Assembly (NCBI GenBank): GCA_022813965.1
Contig: JALDZS010000195.1
Span: 1-42,613 of the forward strand
DNA length: 42,613 nt
Direction: 5' to 3'
Source of the DNA: Toensbergia leucococca
Taxonomy: Eukaryota
The stretch's first letter is position 1. Each line of letters begins with the position of its first letter. Positions 25,604 to 37,945 of this stretch are shown in pieces. The notes below the pieces were generated by a model, which was not told the DNA's origin, made no database searches, and saw only the letters and a program-made list of their open reading frames with translations. The translations under genes and the position numbers were made by a program.

Positions 25604-26554
25604 CCGTATAATCTGTCATATAGGATACTAATCCTTTAGTCCGTTCATCGTCTGAAGTCCAATTGGAATCATATCTTATAGTTCAGTAGTATCTTTTAAA
25701 CAAAACCATATCTTATACTCAGTCCTTGGGCAAGGTCTGAGAATCAATACATTCACTTGAGAAATTCACCATACTCACTACCAACCTCTTCAACACATCC
25801 CCGCCTCATCTTTACACATCTATCTAGTCATGGCCCCCCCTCATACTCCCTCAAAGGGACAGATCAAATCCCCTACTAAGGATCCTCGTCGTCATCGTTC
25901 TGAGCCCCTCCCCATCAACATCAAGAATAGAAGTGTTAAATCTTCTCATTCTCATCTTAGATGTGGTGATCAACAAATCTCTGAAGGAACGGATCACTGA
26001 ACTAGCTGATGAGAATCATGATAAATATCATGAGAAGTATGCTTCTGAAAAGTACAGTGTAGGTGAAAGACGTGTGATGTTAACAGAATGAGTGAGTAAG
26101 GCTTGGAGGGAACTGCATAGAGATAAAGCAGACTTGATACGCAAAACCTTTAGACAAGTAGGACTTTCCCTAGCTGTGAATGAGAGCGAGGATCAGGAGT
26201 TATGGATCAAGGATATATCAGATATTCAGGTGGGGGACTGAACTAGAAGATCTGAAGAAATAACCAATCTTGACTTGGTGAATGAAAATAGGGAGGAAGG
26301 GGAGGAGAAAGGGGAGGAGGGGGAGGAGGTTCAGGTATTTGACACTGATGATGACGATGACGATGAGGATGATGATGAGGATGATGACGAGGTGGAATGC
26401 ATACCTGAGACCCCCCCCACATGTAGATAATATCTTACTAGATATTATCTTATAGACGAAAACTCCCTCGGTCTGTAGAAATCGATTTAAAACCATATCT
26501 TATAGTGGAGTATATCTTGTAAACCGACCATATCTTATATGACAGATTATACGG
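25604..26554 (+). mobile_element. Non-autonomous, internally deleted pogo/Tc1-mariner (DDE_1-type) DNA transposon, 951 bp
   Basis: TIRs CCGTATAATCTGTCATATA(G/A)GATA (24 bp, 1 mismatch) are flanked by TA at 25602-3 and 26555-6. Subterminal CATATCTTATA repeats occur at both ends. A transposase C-terminal remnant starts at 25957 (LDVVINKSLK...RRVMLTE*VSKAW...FRQVGLSLAVNESED), followed by an acidic GAY-repeat tail. Confidence 0.92.
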
Positions 26555-27946
26555 TAGTCCATTTTCTTGGTCGTCGTGAGCTCATCTTATTCACCTTCTC
26601 TTTAGGCCAATCTAATATTTTTCCAGATGCGGCCCATATGCGGAAAGGAGGAAGGCCTTGTCCAAGATCTTGACATCTCCTAAGCTCGGCAAGAGACCCA
26701 CTCCAAACATTCCCGTAATTGAAGTCTCAATTTTGAGGAGATTTGACTGATGAGTTGATTCAACAACCTATTATACCCAGCTGCATTCGCCGTAGCTCCC
26801 TCATGAAAATGACAAGGTGTGTGCAGACCTAGGTTTATTTCCTTTTGATTGTAGAAAATACTGCCGGTCATAGGTCCGTCGTCAAGATCCACAAAGAAAT
26901 TGGCAGAAACGCGCCTAATTAATCAAAAATCAATACCTCACCCCGTGTTCCTCTTTTGTAAAGTGCCTGTTTACGACTCCGTACCAAAGGCAAGATGAGA
27001 GCCATTACCTTCTTGAGACCCTATGACTTCTATTCTCTCCAGAGTGCAGAAAAAGCGGAGCCGGACAAAAGAAAATTAATATTGCTGCAAAAAATGTTTT
27101 TGAGCTTAACACCACGTTGGTAGGCAACTCTCTGCGGGTCAAAGTCGGTCGAACAGTGACAACAGACCAATTTCACCTCCGATAATAATTTCCATACCAA
27201 TTTGAAACCCTTAACAATCATGTATATTCAATGTCGTTTCCCAAGTCAAAAGAGTCCGGTGCTATCGCCATCAGCTACGGGCGACCTAGATTTTAATGTA
27301 TCATCTGTCATGCGGGCTGGAATTGATGCCGCGATATTTGACATCTGGAAATAAGATATTATCAAAAGCCGAGGAACAATGGAAAAGTTGTAGATCAAGG
27401 AACCCCTTGATGTTACTGCCATCTTTGTCTTACTATGATTGTTTGCTGGCTATTCAAACTCGACAAGATGCATATATTGATAGTGGGCTCCGACTCCTGG
27501 TATTATGGGAGACCTATTCTGGACGGGACATCGAGAACGGAGTAATGCGGGACTTTCAGTATGAAATCAAAGACGTTCCTGTCCTTCCAGCACCGAGTTC
27601 TTCTCTATAGATAAGTAGCAACTCGGCTTGACTGCTCAATTATTGATGAGACAGATGCGGTTGGAAGTACGGCATGAGATTCTTCCTAATCCGATTGCTC
27701 AGCTAGCATCTTCTTACGGAGTAATGTAATACTCTCAGGCATTTTTTATTTTCTATGAAATCAAAAAACAATACCTCTGCCCTTGAAACTCTCCAAAAGG
27801 TTCATCGCGAGCTCGTGGTGAACGTATGGCACTAAAGTGGCTTGAATTGACAAATGTGATGGCAAAATAGATATTTAAGTAAAATAAATAGAAAGCCACG
27901 CTGTAGGCTTGACCTGTACCTACAATGCATCAATATTCATTCGTTA

Positions 27947-30244
27947 TCACAAGATATGATACCTCTCCTTCATGCCCGTTGGACTGGCACGTTGGCAAAG
28001 AACGTTTACGGTGCAGCATGGAACACATTCTCTTCGGCGCAAGAATAAAATTGGTCGGCCTGAAGAGGCGTTCTGATGAATCACCACGCACCGCGCGATA
28101 TCGCTCATCTGTGGCCATATACAACATATATATTTCATTTCCGAGCCCGTCCGTGTCTCGGCGAGTTGGGAGTCGGCTAATTCCCAGCCTTGTTGAATGA
28201 GGGCACAAGGAAAGGCCAGCTGCGTGGTACAATGGGTTTGTTCGCAAGTCAGACGACCAGTTTGCTTGAGGACCTGGTATGTTACAAAACCAGGTCGGAG
28301 TTTCAAGGGGGGCTCTCCAGGTATTGACGCTTGGTAGTACACGACCAGTTCACCGTCTATCGACCTCTCCAGTCCGAAGGCCTCGATTTTGATGTTTTCC
28401 CATCGCGGCTTTTCGAGTTCGGCAGAGTCATGCTCTTCTACCATCTCATATTGGATCTGTGCTAAGCTTGTGCTGGTATTAGTGATTGCGGGGTCGCATA
28501 CCACGTTGAATTGCCTGTCTCCCATGTGGATATGGCCTGGAAGAATATGAACTATACGCGCTGTTTCTGCTCGACTGCTGAGAGAGCGGAGGCAATCAAG
28601 ATAATAACACATTCCGTTCCGCACAACCGCGGTGCAAACATCCCTTTCAAGTACATCGCTTTCAGGGTAATATCGATCATGTTGACTATATCCACTGAAT
28701 ATTTCTATCGCATGGGACATGACATCTACCTTTCTGTAAGTAGTGATTATGTCTCCATGCATGTTGTCTTGTATAAGTCCGAGGGCAACCGTCAGAAGTG
28801 TTACACCTGATCCGAACATTGCAGCAGTCTGTTGATTTCCGACGTTGTTGTACAAGCATCGAATGCCTCTGATAGTGGGTAATAAGTCCGGATCCCTTAT
28901 GGTGCAGCTTATTGTTGATACCATGGCACGAATTGATATAGCCATGACGAGAAGACAGGATTTCTCGCTTTTGTTTCCGTGAAAGGTGCAATTGAAACAT
29001 CTGCATGCATGTGCGAGGTTATGCATTGTTTGTTCGATCGTCCTAAGAGCTTCTTTCAGGGATACGTCTGCTGCCTTTTGCATTTCTCCAAACAGGCCAA
29101 CGGAACCTTCAAGTTCGGGAAATATGGAAATGGTGGCATTAACAAAGCCTCGACCGTAGCTTGATTCGAAAAAATTCATGTAAGTTTCTCTTGAAAGATT
29201 TGCAATCTCACTTTCCCCTGCAGCAAGACCACTATATACTCGCGCTGTGCTACCAAGAAAGCCGCCGAGTATGTATGGTAGATTGATCAAGTCGCTGAAA
29301 GCGGCCCCGAATACCCTAGCTAAGCAACCATTCCATGGTGTCCTCAAACTAAGGCACATTTGGTCTAGTTTAGGGTTGCGAGTGAACAAGTTTTCAACCT
29401 CGTGAAGGACATATGTGGTACTCGACACCTGTACGAGGCAGAGGTCAGACTCTCTACGGTAGGTCACAACGACTTGGGCAAATTCTTGAGGAGCATCTTT
29501 GTATACAACTCGGCCATCTTCATCTTCAACGTAGACTTTGAAGTTGAAGAACCATGAGGCAAGCGCTGCTATAAAAGCACATTCCATGCCTCCAACGACA
29601 GAGATTCTTGATACTGTGCCGTTTGATATTTGGAAAAGGCCCCGTATAGCTTTTGCAACATCTTCAGGATTTGATATCCAAGGCAAGGTATCTCCCGCAT
29701 CGAGCGTATGTCCAAGCATACTGCCCGTGGCTTGACTGAACGGTGTCTTTGTGAGGACACCGGAGCAGGCTTTCACCAGTGCGATGAATTGAGCATGTGA
29801 AGGCAAGTATTGCTGGGGATAACCGTACAAATTCCAAAGTTCTTCAAGAATCCAAGCTGCTACGTCCTCACTGTGTACCTCAGTCAAAGTCGAACACAGA
29901 CCCACACAATTGACCCCTAGCTGAGTATCTGCCATGACTCGCACAAAACTTCGAACTCCAAAGCCGAACCAGAGTACTTTCCCAAAGCCCGAAGCACCTT
30001 GGAGGTTAGTCAAGGCATCGTGCATGCGTTGTTTGCCAACACGATCAAGTTGAAATTGGCTAGCCAGCGCTAGGCCAGCTCCGTATGTGACTGGTTGTAC
30101 GCCGGCAGATGCGAAACGTTGCAAGACAGCCGAGGATGTTGACCAGAGCGTGTTTCCAAAGGCCACCCAATCCACTTGACCGTTTTGCACGAATCCGGGA
30201 CTGTTGTTTTGCCAAGCTCCAATCTGAAGTTCGTTCGAAGACAT
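27947..30244 (-). CDS. Uncharacterised 765-aa fungal protein with Cys clusters
   Basis: Long intact intronless ORF from the ATG at 30244. It contains GQVDWV, LWFGFG, CAFIAALASW, CRCFNC, CEQTHC and RECVPCC. No function recognised. Confidence 0.8.
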   Translation of the reverse strand: MSSNELQIGAWQNNSPGFVQNGQVDWVAFGNTLWSTSSAVLQRFASAGVQPVTYGAGLALASQFQLDRVGKQRMHDALTNLQGASGFGKVLWFGFGVRSFVRVMADTQLGVNCVGLCSTLTEVHSEDVAAWILEELWNLYGYPQQYLPSHAQFIALVKACSGVLTKTPFSQATGSMLGHTLDAGDTLPWISNPEDVAKAIRGLFQISNGTVSRISVVGGMECAFIAALASWFFNFKVYVEDEDGRVVYKDAPQEFAQVVVTYRRESDLCLVQVSSTTYVLHEVENLFTRNPKLDQMCLSLRTPWNGCLARVFGAAFSDLINLPYILGGFLGSTARVYSGLAAGESEIANLSRETYMNFFESSYGRGFVNATISIFPELEGSVGLFGEMQKAADVSLKEALRTIEQTMHNLAHACRCFNCTFHGNKSEKSCLLVMAISIRAMVSTISCTIRDPDLLPTIRGIRCLYNNVGNQQTAAMFGSGVTLLTVALGLIQDNMHGDIITTYRKVDVMSHAIEIFSGYSQHDRYYPESDVLERDVCTAVVRNGMCYYLDCLRSLSSRAETARIVHILPGHIHMGDRQFNVVCDPAITNTSTSLAQIQYEMVEEHDSAELEKPRWENIKIEAFGLERSIDGELVVYYQASIPGEPPLKLRPGFVTYQVLKQTGRLTCEQTHCTTQLAFPCALIQQGWELADSQLAETRTGSEMKYICCIWPQMSDIARCVVIHQNASSGRPILFLRRRECVPCCTVNVLCQRASPTGMKERYHIL

Positions 30245-31261
30245 GTTATTTCTAGAATGGAGAAGGCTTTTGCGGTGACTTGGAGCTTTGAGCTTGTAAG
30301 ATAGCAAAATAAATCGAGACCGAGTGATGAACGAGAACCGGAACCATTAATAAATCAAAAAGAGATTCTTGCCTAACGACGCGGTGAAAGGCTGGATTGA
30401 TCAGGCTGAGGGAAGGATTTGCATTCTTAGTGGGCTATGGCGGGATCATCGATAGCCTCATATGCTGTGTAACGCGAAGAGCGGGCCGCGTGCCCTGGTG
30501 TTGCAGAAATGGCTTCCGCTAATAGAGATGAGCTATGCATCGTAGTGACCGCGATACAATCAACATTCTTTGCCATTGCTCGAGGCCAGCGTCCCATCAG
30601 CCTTGCTCTGAGGCTCTGCAAGATTGGCTGAAGACATTGACGGTCAGTATGTGACCTGAGGGTAAGTCTCTCCCATGGTGCCGTGCCTAGGACTTGAGAA
30701 TACCTCTGGCACTGAACATGGTGTCCGAAGGTGAAGTAGGGGAACGAAGGGTGGTAGTTCCTTGCCGTGTGGTTATCATTATGCATCGAGGAGGATTGCT
30801 CTAGGTGTCTAGGTATTTCTCAGGCATCTGCGTTCACTTAGCGATTGGTAGGGCTGAGAGGTGGCCTTCACGTGCCCGATGAAATACTCCATCAAGGGAT
30901 TTAGTGAAGTGGCCTTTGTGGCGCGAGATTCGAGATGGCTCTCAATGAGGGACGCGAAGAATGCTTACAATTAAATCATGTTTAACTCTTCACTTGGATT
31001 CTGCCACTGGAATACTTAACTATGCAAATAGTGTGCCGAGAGAATGAGAGTTGGCCGTTGACGTTCTGTCAGGTATATGGATTCATGAAGACACCTTTAC
31101 CTACCTACCTACTGGCCAGCAGATACTAGGCAAAAGGGCCATGATATGGGAACCTCGCTCCCTTTCCCAGTTCTCCTCGCCATCCTTTCCCTGGGCCGAT
31201 TTCCTCAAAATTAAAGGCCAACTTCATTCATCTAAATAGTTTTGAATCTCCTTTTCGTCAA

Positions 31262-33147
31262 TTACGGCACACCTACCATGTCGCTGCCGTCCGAAATCGG
31301 AAGAAATCTCTTTGTGACCAGTCCACCAGTGAAAGCCAACTGAATGAATTCATTAGCTTTGATTGTCATTGCACGTCAATTAGAGTCGGACCTACCACAG
31401 GTATTGCGCTGACTGCACTGAACACTCCCAGTATCATGAACATAAAACCCCAGCCGAATTTTGTGGCAAGGAACCCTGAGACGAGAGGTCCTGACATCGT
31501 TGCAAAGGCAAGTGCACAGGTGAATAGCGCAAACACCTGCCCATATGCACCACCCTCACCGAAGATACCTGCGTTCTCCGCTTCGATTTTCTCAACGATG
31601 AACGTCAATTCAGCTGAAAGTGGTGGCGTCACGAAGCCAAGGCTGAATCCTGTAGGCGAAAGTAATGTTAGAGGGAACAAAGAAAGAGGGATGGTACATT
31701 CAAGTACCAATCAAGGCTAGCAATGCACAAAGAAGCACAACCTGGTTTGTGGCGTCGTGAGTTACAAACCTTAGCAGTACCAGGGAAGGCGCCGTGAAGA
31801 TCAATCCGAAGGCAGTAAGCCAGCGAGGCCCGTACTTGTCGCATAGCATTCCCACCAAGGGCGTAGTGACGGAAGGAACAGCGACACATAAGAAGATCAG
31901 GCCAGCACCAAGAGAATCCCAACCGAATGTCGCCCCGACAAACAATGGAAGAACGCCGTCGAAAGAGGCAAGGACGAAGAAATTTGCGAATCAACCACAC
32001 ATGGCTGCTAACAGCCTAGGCGACTTCAGCAATCTGATGAGAGTCGAAGTTCGAGAGGCACTACGGGTCGGTGAGACATTGGTCTTCAACAATGGCCATC
32101 TCTCTTCTGAACTTGAAATTGAGCATCGCTCTTCCGTGGCTCGTTCTGCTGATAAGCTGATCGTGACGCTGTCATTCTGTCGGCGATCTTGTCCCTGCGC
32201 CTGGTCATAGTCTGTGCGAGCTCCATGACCATCGTTTTCGGCCGGCACTGTCCACTTGGCTGCGCATTTCTTCTCTATCATGACCAGTCTTATAATTATG
32301 TCAAAAATTATGAGACCAAATATCATGGCAAATACAGGATAATAGCCTGCTTGTGAGTAGACAACGCCCCCAAGAAGAGGCGATATGAGAAGAGCTATGT
32401 TGGCACTTGAGGAGAGAAAGCCCAGGAATTGTCCAATTTCTTCGCGGTCGACAGTATCAGAGATAAGGGCAAGACCGACGGTAAACACAGTTGACGCAGA
32501 CAGGCCTTGTAGAATACGACCAGCTACAAGAACAAGAATGTGGGTGCCAGCGAAAAGCATCACCATCGCAGCGGCGAGAAGTCCAAGGCCAGCTAGAAAG
32601 GGTATTCGACGAGATGGGCTGTGATCGGCAAACCAGCCAGATATGGCTTTTTGTCAGTATCAGCAGCAATGCCCGGCAAAAGAAGCCCTTCGGAATCTTA
32701 CGAGAGCCAATCAAGATGGCGGCTCCGAAGACAGCGAATAGCACCGAATTCCAGTATTGCACTTTGATAGTCATTAGAATCAATGACTCTTCAATGACTC
32801 GGCAGAGAGGCGTGGATAACGAACCTTTATCCTCAGTGATGCCCAATCTCTCGGTCAGAGTGAAGGGAAGCACAGGTACAATCTGTGGTGGATAAGCGTC
32901 AACATGGCTTATCTTGTGATGCTCTGGAAAGACAGACGACGCCGTAGATGAAGCCGTCCTAGGGTTGACAGGATTAGCACAGCGGGTGCCCAAGATTTAA
33001 AGACAGGTAATCACTTGAACACACAGTGAAGGTAGCCATACAAGTGGCAAACAAGATGAACCATTTTGACGATCTGAACTTGAGGAAAAGTGGCGGTACT
33101 GTTGCGTTTGATGGTGGCAACCATGCATCTTCTACCACAGTGGCCAT
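31262..33147 (-). pseudogene. MFS transporter (amine/drug:H+ antiporter-like), multi-exon, one in-frame TGA
   Basis: Exons spell FRSSKWFIL..ATFT / DGFIYG / IVPVLPF, GRILQGLS, GLALISDTV, LASFDGVLPLFV, G.LCDKYGPR and GAYGQVFAL. The TGA at 31991-31993 (LLAAMCG*FANFFVLASFDG) is in frame with both flanking ORFs and has no splice signals around it. Confidence 0.82.
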
Positions 33148-33556
33148 GGTTCAATATCAAGGATGGCTAAGTGAAAGATGACAAAGCTCAAAAGCGAAGA
33201 GTCCTCGAGAGGAGCCTTTCTATGTGTGAAGTGCTCAGAGACGACAATACATGCTTTGAAGAAAATAAGATGGACGAAAGGCACAACAGCATGCTGAACT
33301 GCTTTTCCATGCTCACGGGGACACTAGCGGTCATCTTTTAGGCAAGCCATCTGCATCAACTATGAGGAGAATGCATCATGCAAAGATAAGGTAGGCTAAG
33401 GGAGCGAGCTTAGGGAGGATGTGATGGTCGACCGGGTGAAAATTGAGGCAACTTGGTAATAACTTACAGGAAACATATAAAAACACTTAGCTTTGTTTAA
33501 TTGAGCACCTAAAGAAGCCAAGCTCCCGCCAAGCTGCCGTCGATAAGCGAGATCTT

Positions 33557-33751
33557 TTGGTAAAATTACGAGTATCGAGCAGACTCGAAGTTCGGTACCG
33601 AGGATACCTAGCTCGGAAGGTGTTGAAGTCTCGGCGTGTCGATGATGGCGAATACGCAAGAGCTCGCATGAATCGTGCATCTAATACCTTTGTGGAAGAT
33701 GTTCTACAAGAACTGCATGAACGACACGGACATTCTGCTAGAATAAGGTAA
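33557..33751 (+). pseudogene. Possible cytochrome P450 N-terminal fragment
   Basis: LQELHERHGHSARI followed by a GTAAG donor resembles the P450 LH..YG..VRIG motif and a common intron position. No downstream P450 motifs were found. Confidence 0.25.
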
Positions 33752-35131
33752 GACATTGTAGCCTCTGCCTTCCACCTCCTACCTCCCACATCTTTCTTAC
33801 CCTTTGACCTTTTTGATGCACGAGTGCTTTATCCAATGAATGCGTGCCAAATCCCACCACCTATTTCAATATGGGTGCCAATTGAGCACGTCTTGCTGAT
33901 CTTCGCAGCATTTTCAAGCCCAGTGATGCATGATTGGGGCAGGGGCAGCCTCTACCGAGTGCCGGCGAGTCAGCACCTGTGACCATCAAGGTGGTGTGTG
34001 CACTGGTGGCGCTGATTCTCGTAGCATCAATCCTTCAAAACGGTCAAACAAAGAGCGAGATAATTGTGGATAAGTAAAGGAATTCGAGACCCGAGACGCA
34101 AGACTGCCTGGGAATATATAGTGAGACTGGGTGCTTTGATTGGTTACTTCATTATCCTCTTTCGGTGCAGGCCGATCCATCCAAGTGCACCTTGTGGGCT
34201 GTACGCGCCATCTACCGGCCATGCCTAACCACCGTCAAGTGGCTATTTGTCGTCCAGCCATTCTAGACTCCTGATTCTCGAACTCCCGTAATTCTCTCTC
34301 TATATACCAGACGGCTTTAATGCTTATACCTGATTGTAAGTACTCTCCAGTGCCACAAAATATGGTGGGTAGAAGTTCTTCTCTTTTTCACGGCCAGTCT
34401 ATCATGGGAAACGTTCAAAAGCCAAGTGGCTATCATGTACATCAAGAATCTGGCCTTTGTGTGGCTAGAAAAAGAAAAATATCATCTGGAACTTTCTCCA
34501 TTTCTGAACAAGCAGATGATCTGAAGCAAGCAATGAATGCTTGTAACCAGAGAATTTCCAAGCCTATCCGTATGCAGTGTTGTACCTATACCTATCGTCT
34601 CACTCTTAACACTACCTTACTTCCCGGACCAATTTCCGTTCTTGTGGAATCATATGCGGCGAAGACTAACATAGAAGCTACATTCGATATGCCACTCGGA
34701 TGCCCGGATTATGGAGAAGCTCGGTCTTGGTGACACTGGAGCAAGTCATTTATCTCCTGAAATGAAGATCATTGCCTAGTTTTCACGCCTACCTTAGGCC
34801 CCACGCACCATGTCTTAGCTACCTACTTTGATGGGAACCCCACAAGCTAGCAGTGTTCAAACTCATAGTGTATTTCGAAGTACAACCGGGCTATTCGAGA
34901 TGCATAATGATGAGATATCAAATGTCCTTCGAATCGTTTGACGAGAAGTCATTTCTGGACTTCAAACTGGATCCAATCTGCGGCCAATTCAACAGAAATG
35001 GATGTTCCCGAGTGGCAAACAGGCTTATTGGTAATGTGCCCCAGGAAGCCTGTTCAAGACAAGGCACACTACTATAATCCCCCTTCACTCCACTATTGCC
35101 CTATCTTCTCCTTTTGCATCTTTCGCCTATC

Positions 35132-36910
35132 ATGGATGGTGACTAATTCAGACAAGCGGTCCTTCGGTCACCGAATAAAGTGGGTATTCGTGTCCTCACC
35201 ATGCCGTACCAGATGCATGCAGCCATCAATTACTACTACACTGTCCAAGATCGCCGTGTCACATCAACTGTAGAACCTGGCTACCTCAGAAAACTTCTCC
35301 CAGATGGTCCTCCTACAACCGGCAAAAATAAGGAAGACATACAAAAGGACATTGAATCTAAGATCATGCCTGGGCTAACTCACTGGTAATCCTTGTTGTT
35401 ACGCCTCACACCGACGATGGCTCAATATGGACGAGTCTCTAGGCAATCTCTCCATTTTATGGCATTCTTTCCCGTTTCGTCAACGTATCTAAGCATGCTC
35501 GGAGAGCTATACTCGGCGGCATTGACAGCACCGGCGTTCAATTGGGAATTTTCGCCTACAATAACTGAGCTGGAAATTATAGTACTGCACTGGCTTGCTA
35601 ATTTTCTTCATTTGCTTTCTTGCTACCTTACTTCAAGCGAGGGAGGAGGAGTGATTAGACATCTGCATCAGATGCAATCATCACCTTCATGGTTGCAGCA
35701 CGAGAAACCTTCTCAATGAAACTATATCGCACCTGAAAGGCAAGGAAAAACGAGACGCCGTCATACAGAAGAGAGGAAATCTAGGAGCTTTGGGGAGCAC
35801 ATGTCTCATAGTAGTACTCAAAAGGGTGCATTGGTTGCGGGTACCAGATACTGAGCAGTGCCGGCATGGACCGAGGATCAATTTAGTATGACAGGAGACG
35901 GTCTCCGATTCACCTTGGAGCGATGTCGAGAAGAAGGACTGAAGCCGTACTATCTTACCGCAACTTTGGGTACCACGGCCACTTGTGCTGCTGACAAGTT
36001 CGGCGAAATCGCAGATGTGTTGATAAAGTATCCCAACATCCGGACGCATGTCGACGCTGCCTACGCTGGAGGAGCACGAGGAGCACTGGCATGCGAAGAG
36101 TATCATTATCCAACCGAACATTTTGAAAAGTTTAACAGCTTTGATCTCAACTTGTCCAAAGTGGCTTTTGACAAATCTTGACGCAATGCATGTTTCTTTT
36201 CTGACCTACAATGGGGAATAGATGTGCTTACTTTCCCCTTCAGCTGTCGCTATTTCAAGTCTCGGAAGTGCCTTACCACAGGATTATCTGTGACACCTTC
36301 GTACCTACAGAACAAATTTTCCGATTCGGGATAAGTCACAGATTACCGAGACTAGCAGATACCTCTATCTCGAAGGTTCAGAGCTCTGAAAATCTAGTTT
36401 GTGATGCGGACCTATGGTACCGACGGTATGAAGGCGCATGTGAGGAAACATATCCACTCCAACTCATTTCAGTCACTTGTCCTTTCTAGGAGAGACCTCT
36501 TTAAACTTATTGAAGAACCTCCTTTCGCCCTGGTTCTCCTCACTGTGGTCCTCCGATTTCAGTCATCTAACGCCAATGCCTTGACGAGGGAGGTTTATGA
36601 GATGATTAATAGCAGCGGCCAGATATTTCTCGCGAGTTCTGTCATGAAAGGACTATACGCCGTTCAAGTCGTCAATGCAATCCCCAAGTCAGAAGAAACG
36701 TATGTAAGGAAAGCTTTCAATATATTGGTTCGAACAGCCAAAGAGATAATTAAGAAGCATGGGGCACAGTACGTAATTGGATGTCCGCAGACGGCTAAAG
36801 AACCCAATCTTATGAAATGGCGAAGACGGTTCAGTGAAGTCAAAGAAGGAAGTAGGAGCCAAGGAAGCCATAGTAAAACAGACAATGCATCTGTTCAAAC
36901 TAAAATGTGA
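35132..36910 (+). pseudogene. Aromatic-L-amino-acid (group II PLP) decarboxylase pseudogene
   Basis: Motifs VEPGYL, IMPGLTHW/QS..FMAFFP, SP..TELE, GGGVI, HSS.QK, ATLGTT, HVDAAYAG, K/WLLTN, DYRD*QIPLSRRFRALKI*FV. Stops at 35144, 35852, 36353 and 36395, and frameshifts near 35656 and ~36160 (at the PLP lysine motif). Confidence 0.92.
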
Positions 36911-36939
36911 ATGAGTGAAGAGGGCAACCAGAAGTCCCG

Positions 36940-37495
36940 TAAATGAGCACAAAGACAATTTAAAAGGCCTCAACTGACTGACAATGATAGAGATCTCTGA
37001 AGGTTGAAATAGCTACAGTGTCTGGTGATTGAAAGTTCAATTCTGAAGTCATCAGTACTGCACTCACTTTAGTGAGCTTTAGATTTATCTGAGAATGACT
37101 CATTTTAGTATGTCAGCATGCTTCTAATTCTCAGAAACTCATTTCAGAACTTCTGTTTATGATCACATGACTTTAAGTTACTTTCTCACAGTTTCTATCT
37201 TTATGTCTGCAGCAGTCAGCTTAATTTAGAGAAGAAATATTTGATTTCTGCTCTCAGTGTGATCTATGCCTCCTGATCTCAACTCTGTAATTCTTCTACC
37301 CTCAGCTTGATCTCTGTTTTCTGTCTGTTATTTATATTTGTGATGCTTAAACAAACTATTCATAGCTTCCCCTTTAGTCTTAGCCTGTTATTTGCACAAA
37401 TCAGTGCTCAGTGTCCTCTATGCAGCAGAGATCATGCAAGAGAAACATCAAATTATGCAGGAAGAGCAGCAGATTATACAGCAGGAGATGCAGGA
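36940..37495. other. AT-rich, CpG-free degenerate island (probable mutated repeat remnant)
   Basis: No CG dinucleotide between 36940 and 37495 on reading; TCA/TGA/TCT/AGA trinucleotides are abundant. Confidence 0.6.
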
Positions 37496-37945
37496 CGATT
37501 AGGAGTATGCCAGGGATTTGTTTGGGCAGGGTTACGAATGCGGAATATTGATTGCACCTTATGCAAGCCACAGCTGTCAACGAGGGGGTATATGCATGGG
37601 GTAGGAGGGGGCCTTACCTTCAGCTTTGATATGCATTCAGCGGGGTTGAAAACGTGGCGTGCGTCTGTAGCTGTATACGATAAGAACTCACTGAGAATAA
37701 TGAAACACTAGAATTCTCGTCCAATGGCAGTCTTTTTGTAGCGAAGAATGGAGAGTGCTGACTGCATCATGTAGGTTCTAGAATCCCAGAGAGAGGACTT
37801 TCCGACCTTGTCCTTTGAATCCTGATATTAAGCTGTCTATCCCGCTCTCCTGCTACTTTTCTAATCTGAAGCAGGTTCATCGACCTAGGGCGTCTCACTT
37901 TTTGATCGACACCTCACTTCAGCACAGTGCATAGCATCCACAGCA

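Noticed and set aside
26600..27700. Protein-like short ORFs right of the transposon
   Set aside because: Possibly gene remnants, but no family was recognisable and the frames are inconsistent.
406..33147. Alternative genetic code (TGA=Trp) explaining the in-frame stops
   Set aside because: TAA and TAG stops also interrupt frames, TGG is used normally, and intact genes such as LtrA and TAD3 end in TGA.
1..37500. Starship or other giant mobile element carrying the accessory genes
   Set aside because: The cargo-like content is suggestive, but no DUF3435 tyrosine-recombinase captain or boundary repeat is visible in the window.
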